DNA from: a virus
Lineage: Duplodnaviria > Caudoviricetes
Direction: 5' to 3' (one strand)
IMG/VR virus record: IMGVR_UViG_2660237942_000001
Coordinates: 7,301 to 71,300 of that record
Length of the DNA stretch: 64,000 nt
Shown: in pieces, positions 17,217 through 27,093 of the stretch
Numbering within the stretch: position 1 is the first letter of the stretch
How the letters are laid out: each line of letters begins with the position of its first letter
Translations under genes and position numbers: made by a program
The notes under the pieces: generated by a model
Database searches by the model: none
What the model saw: the letters and a program-made list of their open reading frames with translations, nothing else
What the model was told of the DNA's origin: nothing

Positions 17217-18035
17217 GTGTTCAAAGTGGATTTTTTTAAAAAATATTGGAAAATAGGATTATTGTTTTCGTTTATCGGTTTTGTAATAATACCATTTTTA
17301 GTTTTATTAGGAGAACATTTTTTAAATTTTGGATGGTTTTCAGAAGCAGATAATGGAGCTTGGCTTGGATTTTGGGGTGGATATTTAGGTGCTATCCTTT
17401 CTATAGGAGGGGTTTACTGGTCACTTAAAGTACAAATAGAAAATAATAATGAATTGTTTCGAAAACAGTTAAATGAAGATCGTAGAAGAATAAGAGAGAA
17501 TGATAGGCCTGATTTTTTAATTCAATTTGATGTTTTTGATGTTAACAGTGTCGAAGATTTTCATAATGTAATTATAAATAACCATTCAAGACAGACTGAT
17601 AACTTTTTAAAAACAAATAAAAAACTAGGAAAACATGAAAAACTGTTTCTATCATCTCTCAAAATAGAAAATACATCAGATAAAGACGCAACTAATATTT
17701 CTGTTGAATTGATTAATAATTCTGATGGAATCCATCCCTTTATAGAACGAGTTCAGATACCTATTATCAGAGCTCATAATTATATTTACTATATTCCAAG
17801 ATCTACTATAGAAACGTCTGGTCACAATCCAAATGTTATTAATATTTGGGTTTCAACTAAATATGAAAATCTTTATTATCAATATCACAATTTAGAGAGT
17901 ACTAACTACTGGGAAGTTATATCTGACGAACCTATTAGTGATGTAGATTATCCAGAGGATACTTCCCTAAAAGATAGCCCCCGCAAATTCGAAGCAATAA
18001 CAAACATTTATGAAAAAGTTACTATATATGAATAA
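17217..18035 (+). CDS. Membrane-anchored protein of unknown function (moron)
   Basis: Two N-terminal TMs incl. AWLGFWGGYLGAILS; AT-rich. Confidence 0.7.
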   Translation: MFKVDFFKKYWKIGLLFSFIGFVIIPFLVLLGEHFLNFGWFSEADNGAWLGFWGGYLGAILSIGGVYWSLKVQIENNNELFRKQLNEDRRRIRENDRPDFLIQFDVFDVNSVEDFHNVIINNHSRQTDNFLKTNKKLGKHEKLFLSSLKIENTSDKDATNISVELINNSDGIHPFIERVQIPIIRAHNYIYYIPRSTIETSGHNPNVINIWVSTKYENLYYQYHNLESTNYWEVISDEPISDVDYPEDTSLKDSPRKFEAITNIYEKVTIYE

Positions 18036-18062
18036 TAATTAACAAAAATTAGGAGATATGTT

Positions 18063-18326
18063 ATGAAATATGAAATTAATTCAATGGCTGATTGGTCTGC
18101 TATTACGCCTGCTATGCAAACAGATTTATATGATAATTATGGCATTAATTTTAGCACTACTTATAGATTAATAAACACAGAAAATGATAACGAACCCGGA
18201 GGACAGCTAACTTTAAAAACATTCTCTGGTCAAGAAATATTTGACGCCCCAATTACAATTTCAGATGATGAAAAAGGAATTGTGATTTCTGATCGTCATA
18301 GAGATTTCTTTATTCATACGAAATAA
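18063..18326 (+). CDS. Hypothetical protein
   Basis: AGGAG SD; followed by a terminator at ~18335-18358. Confidence 0.6.
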   Translation: MKYEINSMADWSAITPAMQTDLYDNYGINFSTTYRLINTENDNEPGGQLTLKTFSGQEIFDAPITISDDEKGIVISDRHRDFFIHTK

Positions 18327-18384
18327 GTTTTAAGACAGCTTAACGGCTGCCTTTTTTGTTATCACAATTAGGAGGTGAGGCATC

Positions 18385-18861
18385 ATGGCAAAAGGAAAAT
18401 ATCAAGAGTGGTTAACGCCAGAAGGATTAATCAAAATTGAAGGTTGGGCTCGTGATGGCCTCACTGATGAACAAATATCGCAAAATATGGGCGTTAATAG
18501 GACGACTTTGTATGACTGGGAAAGAAAATATCCCGACATTTCCGACGCCTTAAAAAAGGGTAAAACGGTTGTTGATTATCAAGTTGAGAATGCACTTTTA
18601 AGGCGAGCATTAGGTTATACAACTATCGAAGTTACTAAGGCTATATCGGAAGAGTCAGGAAGACTTGAGGTATTTAAAGAAGTAGAAAAAGAAGTGCCAC
18701 CAGATACCACGGCCCAAATATTCTGGTTGAAGAACAGGAAACCTGAAAAATGGCGTGATAAGCAAGATATTGATGTGTCAGGTGGCTTAAACATGCCTAA
18801 CTTAAAAGAGTTAAGTACCGAAGAATTGAGGCGATTAGCTAATGAGCCTAACGAAGAGTGA
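18385..18861 (+). CDS. terS: Terminase small subunit
   Basis: KIEGWARDGLTDEQIS...TTAQIFWLKNRKPEKWRDK. Confidence 0.9.
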   Translation: MAKGKYQEWLTPEGLIKIEGWARDGLTDEQISQNMGVNRTTLYDWERKYPDISDALKKGKTVVDYQVENALLRRALGYTTIEVTKAISEESGRLEVFKEVEKEVPPDTTAQIFWLKNRKPEKWRDKQDIDVSGGLNMPNLKELSTEELRRLANEPNEE

Positions 18862-20305
18862 ACGTGCGGCGCTGGCTAAGCAGTCACGGTTAGAATTAGC
18901 TAGACGCAGTTACGCTGATTATTTCCAAATGTCCCAAGATTATCAAATGAAGTTATTTCCACATACAAAATTATTGTGCGACGCTCTGCAGCCTATTGCT
19001 GACGGTGAGCGTCGTTTTTTAATTGTTGAAATGCCCCCACAACATGGCAAGTCGACTACTATCACGGAAACTTTTCCTAGTTATTATTTGATGAAGCATC
19101 CCGAAAAAGAAGTTATGGTAGCCAGTTATTCTGATGATTTAGCACAACGCTTTGGTAGTCGCAACTTAGCTAAGTTTAATGAATTTGGCAGGGATATGTA
19201 TGGATTAACCAGCTCTCCTACTAAGCATACGAGTAATGAATGGCAAATTGCTAACCACCGTGGGGCTATGCATTCAACTACTATTTTAGGTTCAGCTACT
19301 GGTAAGCATTCTGATTTATTAATCATTGATGATCCGATTAAAGGGATGCAGGACGCTAACTCAACCACAATTCGTAATAAGATTTGGGATGAGTGGCAGG
19401 CTAGTTTCTATAGTCGTTTATCAGCCACTGGGTCAGTTATAGTAATTATGACTCGCTGGAACGTTGATGACTTAGCTGGTCGACTACTTAAAGAGATGGC
19501 GTTACCGTGGGAAGAAGTCAAGCTGCCAGCGATTGCCGAAGAAAACGATATGTTAGGCCGTGAAGTTGGCGAACCATTATGCCCGTTCCCACCCATGAAT
19601 AAGGGCAAAGACTGGGCAGAACAAACCATGCGAGTATCTGGTTCTAAAACATGGGCAGCGTTGTACCAGCAAAGACCAGTGTTAGATGGTGGTAACATCT
19701 TTAAAGCTAATCAAGTGCATTACTATCTACCCGACGGGGCAACAGCCACTAGATTGGGGTTAGATCATGATGAGTCAGTAGCTATTTTGCCTAAGCTAGA
19801 CAAAACATGGAGTAGTTGGGATCTTACCTTTACGATGTCAGATACCAGTGATTATGTGGCTGGTCAAACATGGGGTAAGCAAGGGGCCAACTTCTACTTG
19901 CTTGATCGAGTACATGATCGTATGGCGTTTAATGATCAGTTAAAAGCGATTATGAGTATGCATCAACGGCAACCACAAGCCAAAGCCATTTACATTGAAG
20001 ATAAGGCGAATGGCTCGGCGATCATTAACACAATTCGAAATGTAGTATCAGGAATCATTCCAGTAGTTCCGGAGGGCGATAAAGTTACCCGGGCTAATGT
20101 AGTGGTTCCTTTTTTTGAGGCTGGAAATATCTATTTGCCACATCCTAAATGGCAACCTTGGGTCCGTGAAATGTTAGACGAATGGACTGGATTTCCTAAT
20201 ATGGAACACGACGATGAGGTAGATTCGATGACTCAAGCATTAAGCCGTGAAGTTGCAGCACAGCCAGCACAAGTAGCCGTCAGTAATGATCGGCTTTTTT
20301 ATTAG
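18842..20305 (+). CDS. terL: Terminase large subunit
   Basis: MPPQHGKS Walker A; LLIIDDP Walker B; HDDEVDSMTQA nuclease motif. Confidence 0.95.
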   Translation: MSLTKSERAALAKQSRLELARRSYADYFQMSQDYQMKLFPHTKLLCDALQPIADGERRFLIVEMPPQHGKSTTITETFPSYYLMKHPEKEVMVASYSDDLAQRFGSRNLAKFNEFGRDMYGLTSSPTKHTSNEWQIANHRGAMHSTTILGSATGKHSDLLIIDDPIKGMQDANSTTIRNKIWDEWQASFYSRLSATGSVIVIMTRWNVDDLAGRLLKEMALPWEEVKLPAIAEENDMLGREVGEPLCPFPPMNKGKDWAEQTMRVSGSKTWAALYQQRPVLDGGNIFKANQVHYYLPDGATATRLGLDHDESVAILPKLDKTWSSWDLTFTMSDTSDYVAGQTWGKQGANFYLLDRVHDRMAFNDQLKAIMSMHQRQPQAKAIYIEDKANGSAIINTIRNVVSGIIPVVPEGDKVTRANVVVPFFEAGNIYLPHPKWQPWVREMLDEWTGFPNMEHDDEVDSMTQALSREVAAQPAQVAVSNDRLFY

Positions 20306-20321
20306 AAAGGAGGTAGCCTAA

Positions 20322-21890
20322 ATGACACAATTAAGTTCTATTTCTCGATATTTAAAGGATCGTGATGGTCCTAGTCGATTTATTAGTGGTGGTATAACTG
20401 GCGAAAGCAATCGTTGGTTATCTGAGCATGTTTATCTAGATGATAATGACGTACCACGTTGTTCGCCGGATTTTGATATTGAGCAAAATCTTGATGAAGT
20501 TAGTGTAATGCTAAGCACTTATGACACTATGCTTCGCAACCAGTATCATTTAAAGATGCGTTACTACAAGGGTGACCATGAAGCGATAAGAGATAGGACT
20601 CAATTTAATACCATTGATCCAGATAAGAACCGAGTGGTAGTTAACGTAGCCCGTAACTTAGTTAATACATTTAGTGGATTCTTTATCGGCATCCCGCCTA
20701 AAATCACCTATGCACCAAACAGTGATAAAAACGTTTCAGAAAGCAAAGTTAGTGAAATTAACGAGCTGATTGCCCAATCGTTATCTGAGAGTGATTCTGA
20801 CGATGTTTTCTATGAACTGGCTAAGAAGGCTGATATTTATGGACGTAGTTACCTAGTAGCTTATATTGCTAACGATGATGGAAAGACGTTGAAGTTTACG
20901 CACAAGGCGCCCGAAAATGCCTTTGTTGTTTATAGCAATAATGAAGATAGCAGACCGTTGTTTGGGTTTACCTTTGAAAAGGTTGATGGTCGTCAATTTG
21001 GGATGCTTCACACGCCGAATAAGATTTATAAATTTAGTGATGAAGATTTAGCAGCTTCTGGTGGATTTGAAGCTAGTGTCAAATGGAATGATAACGTCAT
21101 TGACAACGCCGTGGGAATGGAATTCATTACGGAGTTACCTGAGAATGACGAACGCTTAGGGATGTTTGATGACTTAGTATCGCTAATCGATGCCCAGGAT
21201 AAAGTAATGTCCGAAAAGATTGATGATAACGATAATTTCTCAAATGCTATCTTGCTAACTATGGGTGTGGCCGACTTTTCGCCATTACAAAAGCAAGAGG
21301 TTAAACGCTGGCGAGTTATGCAGGTGCAAAATACAGATCCAAAGATCAATCCGGAAGTTAAGTATTTGCAGAAACCAGACGGTGATGGACTACAAGAAAA
21401 CACTTTGAAGCATTTGTCCGATAAAATTTACGACGGAGCTCAAGTTGTTAACCTTGCCGATCCTAATATTAGTACTGCTGCTTCAGGTTTTGCTTTAACC
21501 CAGAAGATGCAACCTATGCTCATGGCTGCATCTACCAAAGGCGAAAAAATGCGCAAGACTATTAAGCGATTACTACGGATTATCTTAAAGCACAATGATA
21601 TGGGTAACGATCAAGAAATTGCCGATATTATTCGTGATATAAAAGTCGAATTTACGCCTAACATCCCACACTCAGAAGTTGATGAGTCTACTATTGTCAG
21701 AAATCTTAACGGTATTGTTTCTAAGCGAACATTGATTAGTTACTTAAGCCGAGTTCAGAACATCGATGATGAACTTAAGGCAGAGGAAGAAGAAGCTGAA
21801 AAACATATGACAATGTTTGATGAACCAGATTCCGAGGAAGAACCTTCAAGTAATGATCAAGATGAGCCACCAAAAGGCGGTGATGCTTAG
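20322..21890 (+). CDS. SPP1-family portal protein
   Basis: YYKGDH...VVNVARNLVNTFSGFFIGIPPK. Confidence 0.9.
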   Translation: MTQLSSISRYLKDRDGPSRFISGGITGESNRWLSEHVYLDDNDVPRCSPDFDIEQNLDEVSVMLSTYDTMLRNQYHLKMRYYKGDHEAIRDRTQFNTIDPDKNRVVVNVARNLVNTFSGFFIGIPPKITYAPNSDKNVSESKVSEINELIAQSLSESDSDDVFYELAKKADIYGRSYLVAYIANDDGKTLKFTHKAPENAFVVYSNNEDSRPLFGFTFEKVDGRQFGMLHTPNKIYKFSDEDLAASGGFEASVKWNDNVIDNAVGMEFITELPENDERLGMFDDLVSLIDAQDKVMSEKIDDNDNFSNAILLTMGVADFSPLQKQEVKRWRVMQVQNTDPKINPEVKYLQKPDGDGLQENTLKHLSDKIYDGAQVVNLADPNISTAASGFALTQKMQPMLMAASTKGEKMRKTIKRLLRIILKHNDMGNDQEIADIIRDIKVEFTPNIPHSEVDESTIVRNLNGIVSKRTLISYLSRVQNIDDELKAEEEEAEKHMTMFDEPDSEEEPSSNDQDEPPKGGDA

Positions 21891-22813
21891 TGAAACCGAG
21901 TAAATCATTAGCTAAGAAGCGTGAAAGAGAAATCAAAGCTGATGACTCTAGCGACGCTGATACACTAGCTAACTTATTGACTAGTGCCAGTGCTGATATT
22001 AGGCAATACGTGAGTTATTTTGTTGATAATTACAACGAAGACGGAACGTTAGCAATCAACGCCATGCGAACTGCCCCAAATACTACTGACTTAACTACTT
22101 GGAAGAAATTCATTAAAAGATACAAGCAGTTATTGTATGGGAACAGTGAAGCACAGTATCGAATTAAATCAGCTCAAAAAATGGCTGGATTTGACCGTGA
22201 GACGTTACTTAATTCAATTATTAAGGTAATTACATCTAAAGTGGCTATCGACGCTGAGACGTTCATTAAGCAAGCAATTCAGTCCGAGGCTGGTAAAGAG
22301 GTCACATTTCAGGGGAACGTAATTAAAATTAATGGGATTCCCGATGGCGACTTAGACCAGCAGATTAATGATATTGTTGAAAACTTTATCAACCGAGAAA
22401 CTCAAGACTTAACGTTATCTAATCGTATATGGCTAAAGGCTGATGCGTTAGCAGCTAAGATTAATCAAGCCATTCATAAGGCGTTAGTGGCTGGTATTGA
22501 TGTTGATTCGATAGATGATCAGCTATTTTATGAAACAAGTCGGTTAAATGAAGATTCAGTCAAGTCAGTTAGTGATTCGACAATTAAATATTATGTGCAC
22601 GCTTTATTACTAAACGAAAAGGCATTGATAGTTGCGGCTATCGGTGCCTTTTTAGCTACCCATTGGAAACTGAAACGTGCTGACTGGTACACCGTTGAGG
22701 ATTCTCACGTTTGCCAGGCATGCAAGTCACTTCAAGGGGCAAACCCATATGCAGCTAGTGATATTCCTAGTAAGCCACATATTGGGTGTCGCTGCTTTGT
22801 TATTTATTACTAA
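21890..22813 (+). CDS. Minor head (Mu F / SPP1 gp7-like) protein
   Basis: C-terminal VCQACKSL...PHIGCRC. Confidence 0.8.
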   Translation: MKPSKSLAKKREREIKADDSSDADTLANLLTSASADIRQYVSYFVDNYNEDGTLAINAMRTAPNTTDLTTWKKFIKRYKQLLYGNSEAQYRIKSAQKMAGFDRETLLNSIIKVITSKVAIDAETFIKQAIQSEAGKEVTFQGNVIKINGIPDGDLDQQINDIVENFINRETQDLTLSNRIWLKADALAAKINQAIHKALVAGIDVDSIDDQLFYETSRLNEDSVKSVSDSTIKYYVHALLLNEKALIVAAIGAFLATHWKLKRADWYTVEDSHVCQACKSLQGANPYAASDIPSKPHIGCRCFVIYY

Positions 22814-22827
22814 AAGGAGGCCAAACA

Positions 22828-23346
22828 ATGGCAGAAGATCCAACTATTACTGAACCAGAAGTAACAGATCCACAACCACCAGCGGGTGGAAACCCAGAAC
22901 CAAAGAACGTAGATCAAAAGGAATTACGCGAAAAATTAGCTCAACTAGATAACTTAGGTGAAAAAATGGACAAGTTGTTTGAACAATTTAACAAACCGGA
23001 TGGAACTCAGCCTGAACCTGATGAGCCTAGCGAACTAGAAGTTGTTAAACAGCAACTTGCTAAGCAACAACGCAAAGAATCATTAGGTTTGGCTAGATCC
23101 ATTGCCAAGGAATCCGATCTGGAAATTGACGGTCTTGAAAGCTTCTTTGTGGGAGACAACGACGATGCGACTAAAGCCAATGTTAAGTCCTTTGTGGACT
23201 ATATGCAGGCGCATGATGAAGCGTTGAAGAAGTCGCTAACTAAAAGCACTGATACGGGCTTTAATACCACGAGAAGCGACAAGATTGGTAATCCACAAGA
23301 TTTCTTAGGCAGCATGCTGGATGAACAATTTGGATCACAAAAATAG
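22828..23346 (+). CDS. Capsid scaffold protein
   Basis: GGAGG SD before MAEDP; acidic coiled-coil in the scaffold position. Confidence 0.75.
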   Translation: MAEDPTITEPEVTDPQPPAGGNPEPKNVDQKELREKLAQLDNLGEKMDKLFEQFNKPDGTQPEPDEPSELEVVKQQLAKQQRKESLGLARSIAKESDLEIDGLESFFVGDNDDATKANVKSFVDYMQAHDEALKKSLTKSTDTGFNTTRSDKIGNPQDFLGSMLDEQFGSQK

Positions 23347-23360
23347 AGGAGGAAATATCT

Positions 23361-23729
23361 ATGTATCAAGGAAGTTACGAAACTCAACCAGAAATTTTAA
23401 TGAATTTCGCTCAAGCCTTAACCTTGCCAGCAACAATGAATGATGAAGCGGCAACGGCAAATGAAGAGGGACGCAAAGTTATCAAAGCGGGTACTCCATT
23501 AGGGGCAGATAAAGACTTTCGTCGTAACGCAGGAGTTATTTTGACCCCTGTCACCGACGCTACCAAGGTTCAAGCGATCGCTATGCATAATGTTGATATT
23601 ACTGACGGCCCCAAGGCGGCAACTGTTATTAAACGTGGGGACATTGCTTATGACAACATGGCTGAAGATGTCCAAGCGCTCTTCACTGACGAAATTCAAA
23701 AAGCTCTTACCCACATTATTTTAGTTTAG
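23361..23729 (+). CDS. Head decoration protein
   Basis: IKAGTPLG motif; lies between scaffold and capsid. Confidence 0.65.
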   Translation: MYQGSYETQPEILMNFAQALTLPATMNDEAATANEEGRKVIKAGTPLGADKDFRRNAGVILTPVTDATKVQAIAMHNVDITDGPKAATVIKRGDIAYDNMAEDVQALFTDEIQKALTHIILV

Positions 23730-23742
23730 GAGGATTTTTTTA

Positions 23743-24951
23743 ATGGCTAATATTGACGAACTAACCAACTTGAAAGCAATGTCCGTTTATTACGAACGAA
23801 AGTTGCTAACTTTACCACCATATTTAAGTGAATCTTATTTCCCTGCAACTAAGATTGCTACTGATATGCTCTCTTACCTTACTCAAAAACAAGGTGCTCC
23901 AGTTATGGCTAAAGCATCAACTTATGATGCCCAAGCAATTCCTATGAATCGTGAAAAATTCAATAAAGAATATTTCCAAACTAATTTCTTCCGTTCTGCT
24001 TCGGCATTGAATGAAACTGATTTAGAAGAAATCAACCGTGCGCTATTCAATGGTGATGATACCTTGGTTAAATCATTAATCTTAGGTCTATTTGATGATA
24101 AAACTAAGATGCTACTTGGCATGCGGACTCGTCGTGAATGGATGGCAATGCAAGCCTTAATGACTGGCAAAATCAACCTAAGTTCTAACGGTGTTAATAC
24201 TCTAATTGAATATGCTACTGATGAAGATTTAAATGCCGATGTAGATGTAGCCTGGTCTGATACTGCTAACGCTAATCCGATCGAAGATATGCGAAAAGCA
24301 ATTACAGCTATGAAACATAAAGGTATTACTCCCAACCAGGTGTTAATGAATGATGATACTTTCCGGATGCTGCTAAATAACGAACGGATCAAGACCACAC
24401 TTTGGCCAGCTAATTTTGATACTTCTAAAATGATGATGACCGAAGACCAAGCGGTTGACTTTATTGTTCGCAATCTACACGTTATCCCAGTAGTATACGA
24501 TCAAGGCTTTGTTGACGAAGAAGCAACTGGTACTGACAAGTTCACGCCGTTCTTAACTCCAGGCAAGGTTGTTCTTATGAACGCGCCAATTCCGCAACAA
24601 TTTGCTAAAACTGGCTCATCTTCTACCGGTTTAGTTCAATCAGCTTCAGTAATTGGACATATGGCATTTGCTCCTACTCCAGAAGAATTAGGCTTACGTA
24701 ATGGTAAGATCGCTTCTAACACTGTTCAATTCTTTGATACCGGTGTTGCTTATCATGAATACTTCAATGATTCATTAGTTCAAACTGAAGATTTAGTTTC
24801 CATGAACTGCTTGCCATCATTTGAAGGATCACAAAGTGTATTCCGATTAACGATCACTAAACCGGAAGAACCAGAAACTCCATCTACTGAAACTGAAGGA
24901 CAAAAAGCTTCAGTAGAAAAGAAGACCGCTACTAAATCTACCAAGAAGTAG
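23743..24951 (+). CDS. Major capsid protein
   Basis: YLSESYFPA...RTRREWMAMQALMTGKI; lambda-E-like capsid pattern. Confidence 0.85.
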   Translation: MANIDELTNLKAMSVYYERKLLTLPPYLSESYFPATKIATDMLSYLTQKQGAPVMAKASTYDAQAIPMNREKFNKEYFQTNFFRSASALNETDLEEINRALFNGDDTLVKSLILGLFDDKTKMLLGMRTRREWMAMQALMTGKINLSSNGVNTLIEYATDEDLNADVDVAWSDTANANPIEDMRKAITAMKHKGITPNQVLMNDDTFRMLLNNERIKTTLWPANFDTSKMMMTEDQAVDFIVRNLHVIPVVYDQGFVDEEATGTDKFTPFLTPGKVVLMNAPIPQQFAKTGSSSTGLVQSASVIGHMAFAPTPEELGLRNGKIASNTVQFFDTGVAYHEYFNDSLVQTEDLVSMNCLPSFEGSQSVFRLTITKPEEPETPSTETEGQKASVEKKTATKSTKK

Positions 24952-24966
24952 TTAGGGGGTAATCCA

Positions 24967-25170
24967 ATGCAACTCAATGTTTATAAAAAGGGCGAGTCTA
25001 CACCCTCATTTAATGGTGATGATACTGGTGTTGCAATTACAGGGTTAGCTGCCGGAACTGTTGTAGCAACTGGTGACTATGAAGTAACTCACACCGGTGA
25101 TAATCTATCTGAGTCTTCACGTGTTGCTGTTGAAGGATTTACAGTTTTAGCTGCTGATTTGGGGGCGTAG
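24967..25170 (+). CDS. Small beta-rich virion protein
   Basis: VAITGLAAGTVVATGDY...SESS. Confidence 0.6.
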   Translation: MQLNVYKKGESTPSFNGDDTGVAITGLAAGTVVATGDYEVTHTGDNLSESSRVAVEGFTVLAADLGA

Positions 25171-25173
25171 ATA

Positions 25174-25506
25174 GTGGACGAACAAAACGTTATCGATCGA
25201 ATAACCCGTAACCCACAATTTAAGTCTGTTGATCCAGCAGACATCATCGATGCCGTAGCGGATGCAAAGAATATCGTCAGCAAATATGAATGGCCGGGAA
25301 CTTCAATTAATCGAGCGTTGTACCTATACGCTTGTAATTTACTCTTCAAGGATCTTATTCAGCCAAAGAATAAATTCAAAACAGTAAAAATTGAGGATGC
25401 AAGCTATTCCAAATCTGACGATGCGGATAAAAATCATTACTGGGATGATTTTTTAGATTTATTAAACGAATTTGGTTACACCAACACCGTAACCGGATTT
25501 TGTTAG
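25174..25506 (+). CDS. Head-tail adaptor
   Basis: Position; RALYLYACNLL...YWDDFLDLL. Confidence 0.6.
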   Translation: MDEQNVIDRITRNPQFKSVDPADIIDAVADAKNIVSKYEWPGTSINRALYLYACNLLFKDLIQPKNKFKTVKIEDASYSKSDDADKNHYWDDFLDLLNEFGYTNTVTGFC

Positions 25507-25519
25507 AGAGGTGATATGA

Positions 25520-25750
25520 ATGGCTAAGAAAAATGTTAAAACTGAAGAACTAAAGATTGCGGGACAAACTAAAGTGAATGGACGCACTGCAGACTTTGCC
25601 ACCTATAAAGTGTTGGAAGGCGAAACTCTTTACAGTATTTGGATTAAGTTTCGTGACAAAAGTACTGTTGGAGCTATCAAAACAGCTAACAGCTTGCAAG
25701 GCAACGATTTAACTGGTGTGAAGACATTAAAGATTCCGTTGGTAATTTAA
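25520..25750 (+). CDS. LysM-domain protein
   Basis: YKVLEGETLYSIW...IKTANSL...LKIP. Confidence 0.75.
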   Translation: MAKKNVKTEELKIAGQTKVNGRTADFATYKVLEGETLYSIWIKFRDKSTVGAIKTANSLQGNDLTGVKTLKIPLVI

Positions 25751-25751
25751 A

Positions 25752-26210
25752 ATGAGTTCTGGAGCAGATAAAGTTATTCAAAAACTGCAGCTGCAAAAGA
25801 GACGGTTAAAGCAACTAAATACCAATCAGGCTAATGTAGGGGCGTTTAAAAACGTTCCTGAACATTCTCCTGAAGAATTGCAAAAAATTGTGAGATGGAA
25901 CGAGTTTGGTACGGATAAAATACCAGCCCGTTCTTTTTTACGTGGTGCAAGCGCTCGTAATCGTAAGCATAGTTGGAAATATACTGCCGGAATAGCCGTT
26001 AAAGGCGTTTTAAAAGGACGTTTAACAGGCAATCAAGCTTATAAGCTACTAGGCGACCAAATGGCTGATGATGTTAGACATCAAATCGATATTATCGGGC
26101 CACCTAATGCCCCAGCGACTGTCAAAATGAAAGGGCGAAATCAACCGTTGGTAGATACCGGCGGGTTATATCGTTCGATTGATGAGAAGGTGACACACCG
26201 TGATCATTGA
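25752..26210 (+). CDS. Virion morphogenesis / neck protein
   Basis: NEFGTDKIPARSFLR...PNAPATVKMKG...PLVDTGGL. Confidence 0.8.
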   Translation: MSSGADKVIQKLQLQKRRLKQLNTNQANVGAFKNVPEHSPEELQKIVRWNEFGTDKIPARSFLRGASARNRKHSWKYTAGIAVKGVLKGRLTGNQAYKLLGDQMADDVRHQIDIIGPPNAPATVKMKGRNQPLVDTGGLYRSIDEKVTHRDH

Positions 26211-26610
26211 TGATTTTTTTGAAGCGTTAGAAGAGTTTTATGTACCAGTTACCGTTCACCCAAAACTCAATGTTTTAAGAGGAGGTAAAACTAATGCATT
26301 AAATGAATTGGTCCCGATTAGTAAAAATGATGTTGTAAATGATTCAGATAAAGTGAGCTTATCTGAACCAGTGGTACCAGAATCATCTAATTCAGTGACT
26401 ACTTTAGCTATGGTTCAGAGCCTAGGTGGCGGTGGTAATACGTTGCCTCGCCGGTATAGCTGGTACTCACAACATGAATTTCCTATTGGTACCATCGTCG
26501 AATATGACAATCACATTATGCAAATTGATACTGTTACCGACTACAACCACGTAGCCGGTATTTTTGTATACAAATTGAAAGGGGATGATTTGCTTGAGTC
26601 GACCGTTTGA
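26200..26610 (+). CDS. Head closure protein (putative)
   Basis: Position in the neck cluster. Confidence 0.55.
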   Translation: MIIDDFFEALEEFYVPVTVHPKLNVLRGGKTNALNELVPISKNDVVNDSDKVSLSEPVVPESSNSVTTLAMVQSLGGGGNTLPRRYSWYSQHEFPIGTIVEYDNHIMQIDTVTDYNHVAGIFVYKLKGDDLLESTV

Positions 26611-27088
26611 TCAGCAACCAACTGATTATGATTCAGTAATTGGATCTTTAATTTCGGAAATTGAAAAAATTACTGATTGCCCAGTAATTCCAAACGAGCA
26701 AATCGCGGAAACTAAAGAACTCCCATTCATTAGTTACTACCCGTTGATGTATGACGATCCGGTTTATTCAGATCCGATCATTAACAGTGGGCAATTTGAA
26801 GCAACTATTTCCATAGACGTGTTTTGCAAGACCCTATCAGAAGCAATGAAAAAGGCCGGCGCATTGCACGTCTTTTTACGTGACCCGTATGTAAGACAGG
26901 AAGTGCGGAACGATGGAATTGTCATTGCTAGTGTTGAATCTCCACAAGGTAGGGCTATTAATAGCCTGCCATTCAACTCCGTACACCATCACGGGTTTGA
27001 CGTAACTATTCGTTATGCTCGTCACTTTCAAAGCCCCATTGACCAAATATCAAATGTTGATATTACAACGAATTTTAAGGAGGAATAA
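26585..27088 (+). CDS. Tail terminator / neck protein (putative)
   Basis: Directly before the sheath gene. Confidence 0.6.
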   Translation: MICLSRPFDQQPTDYDSVIGSLISEIEKITDCPVIPNEQIAETKELPFISYYPLMYDDPVYSDPIINSGQFEATISIDVFCKTLSEAMKKAGALHVFLRDPYVRQEVRNDGIVIASVESPQGRAINSLPFNSVHHHGFDVTIRYARHFQSPIDQISNVDITTNFKEE

Positions 27089-27093
27089 TTTTA

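Noticed and set aside
24900-25170. Frameshift fusion of the major capsid to the small downstream beta protein
   Set aside because: No clear slippery site, and the small gene has its own SD
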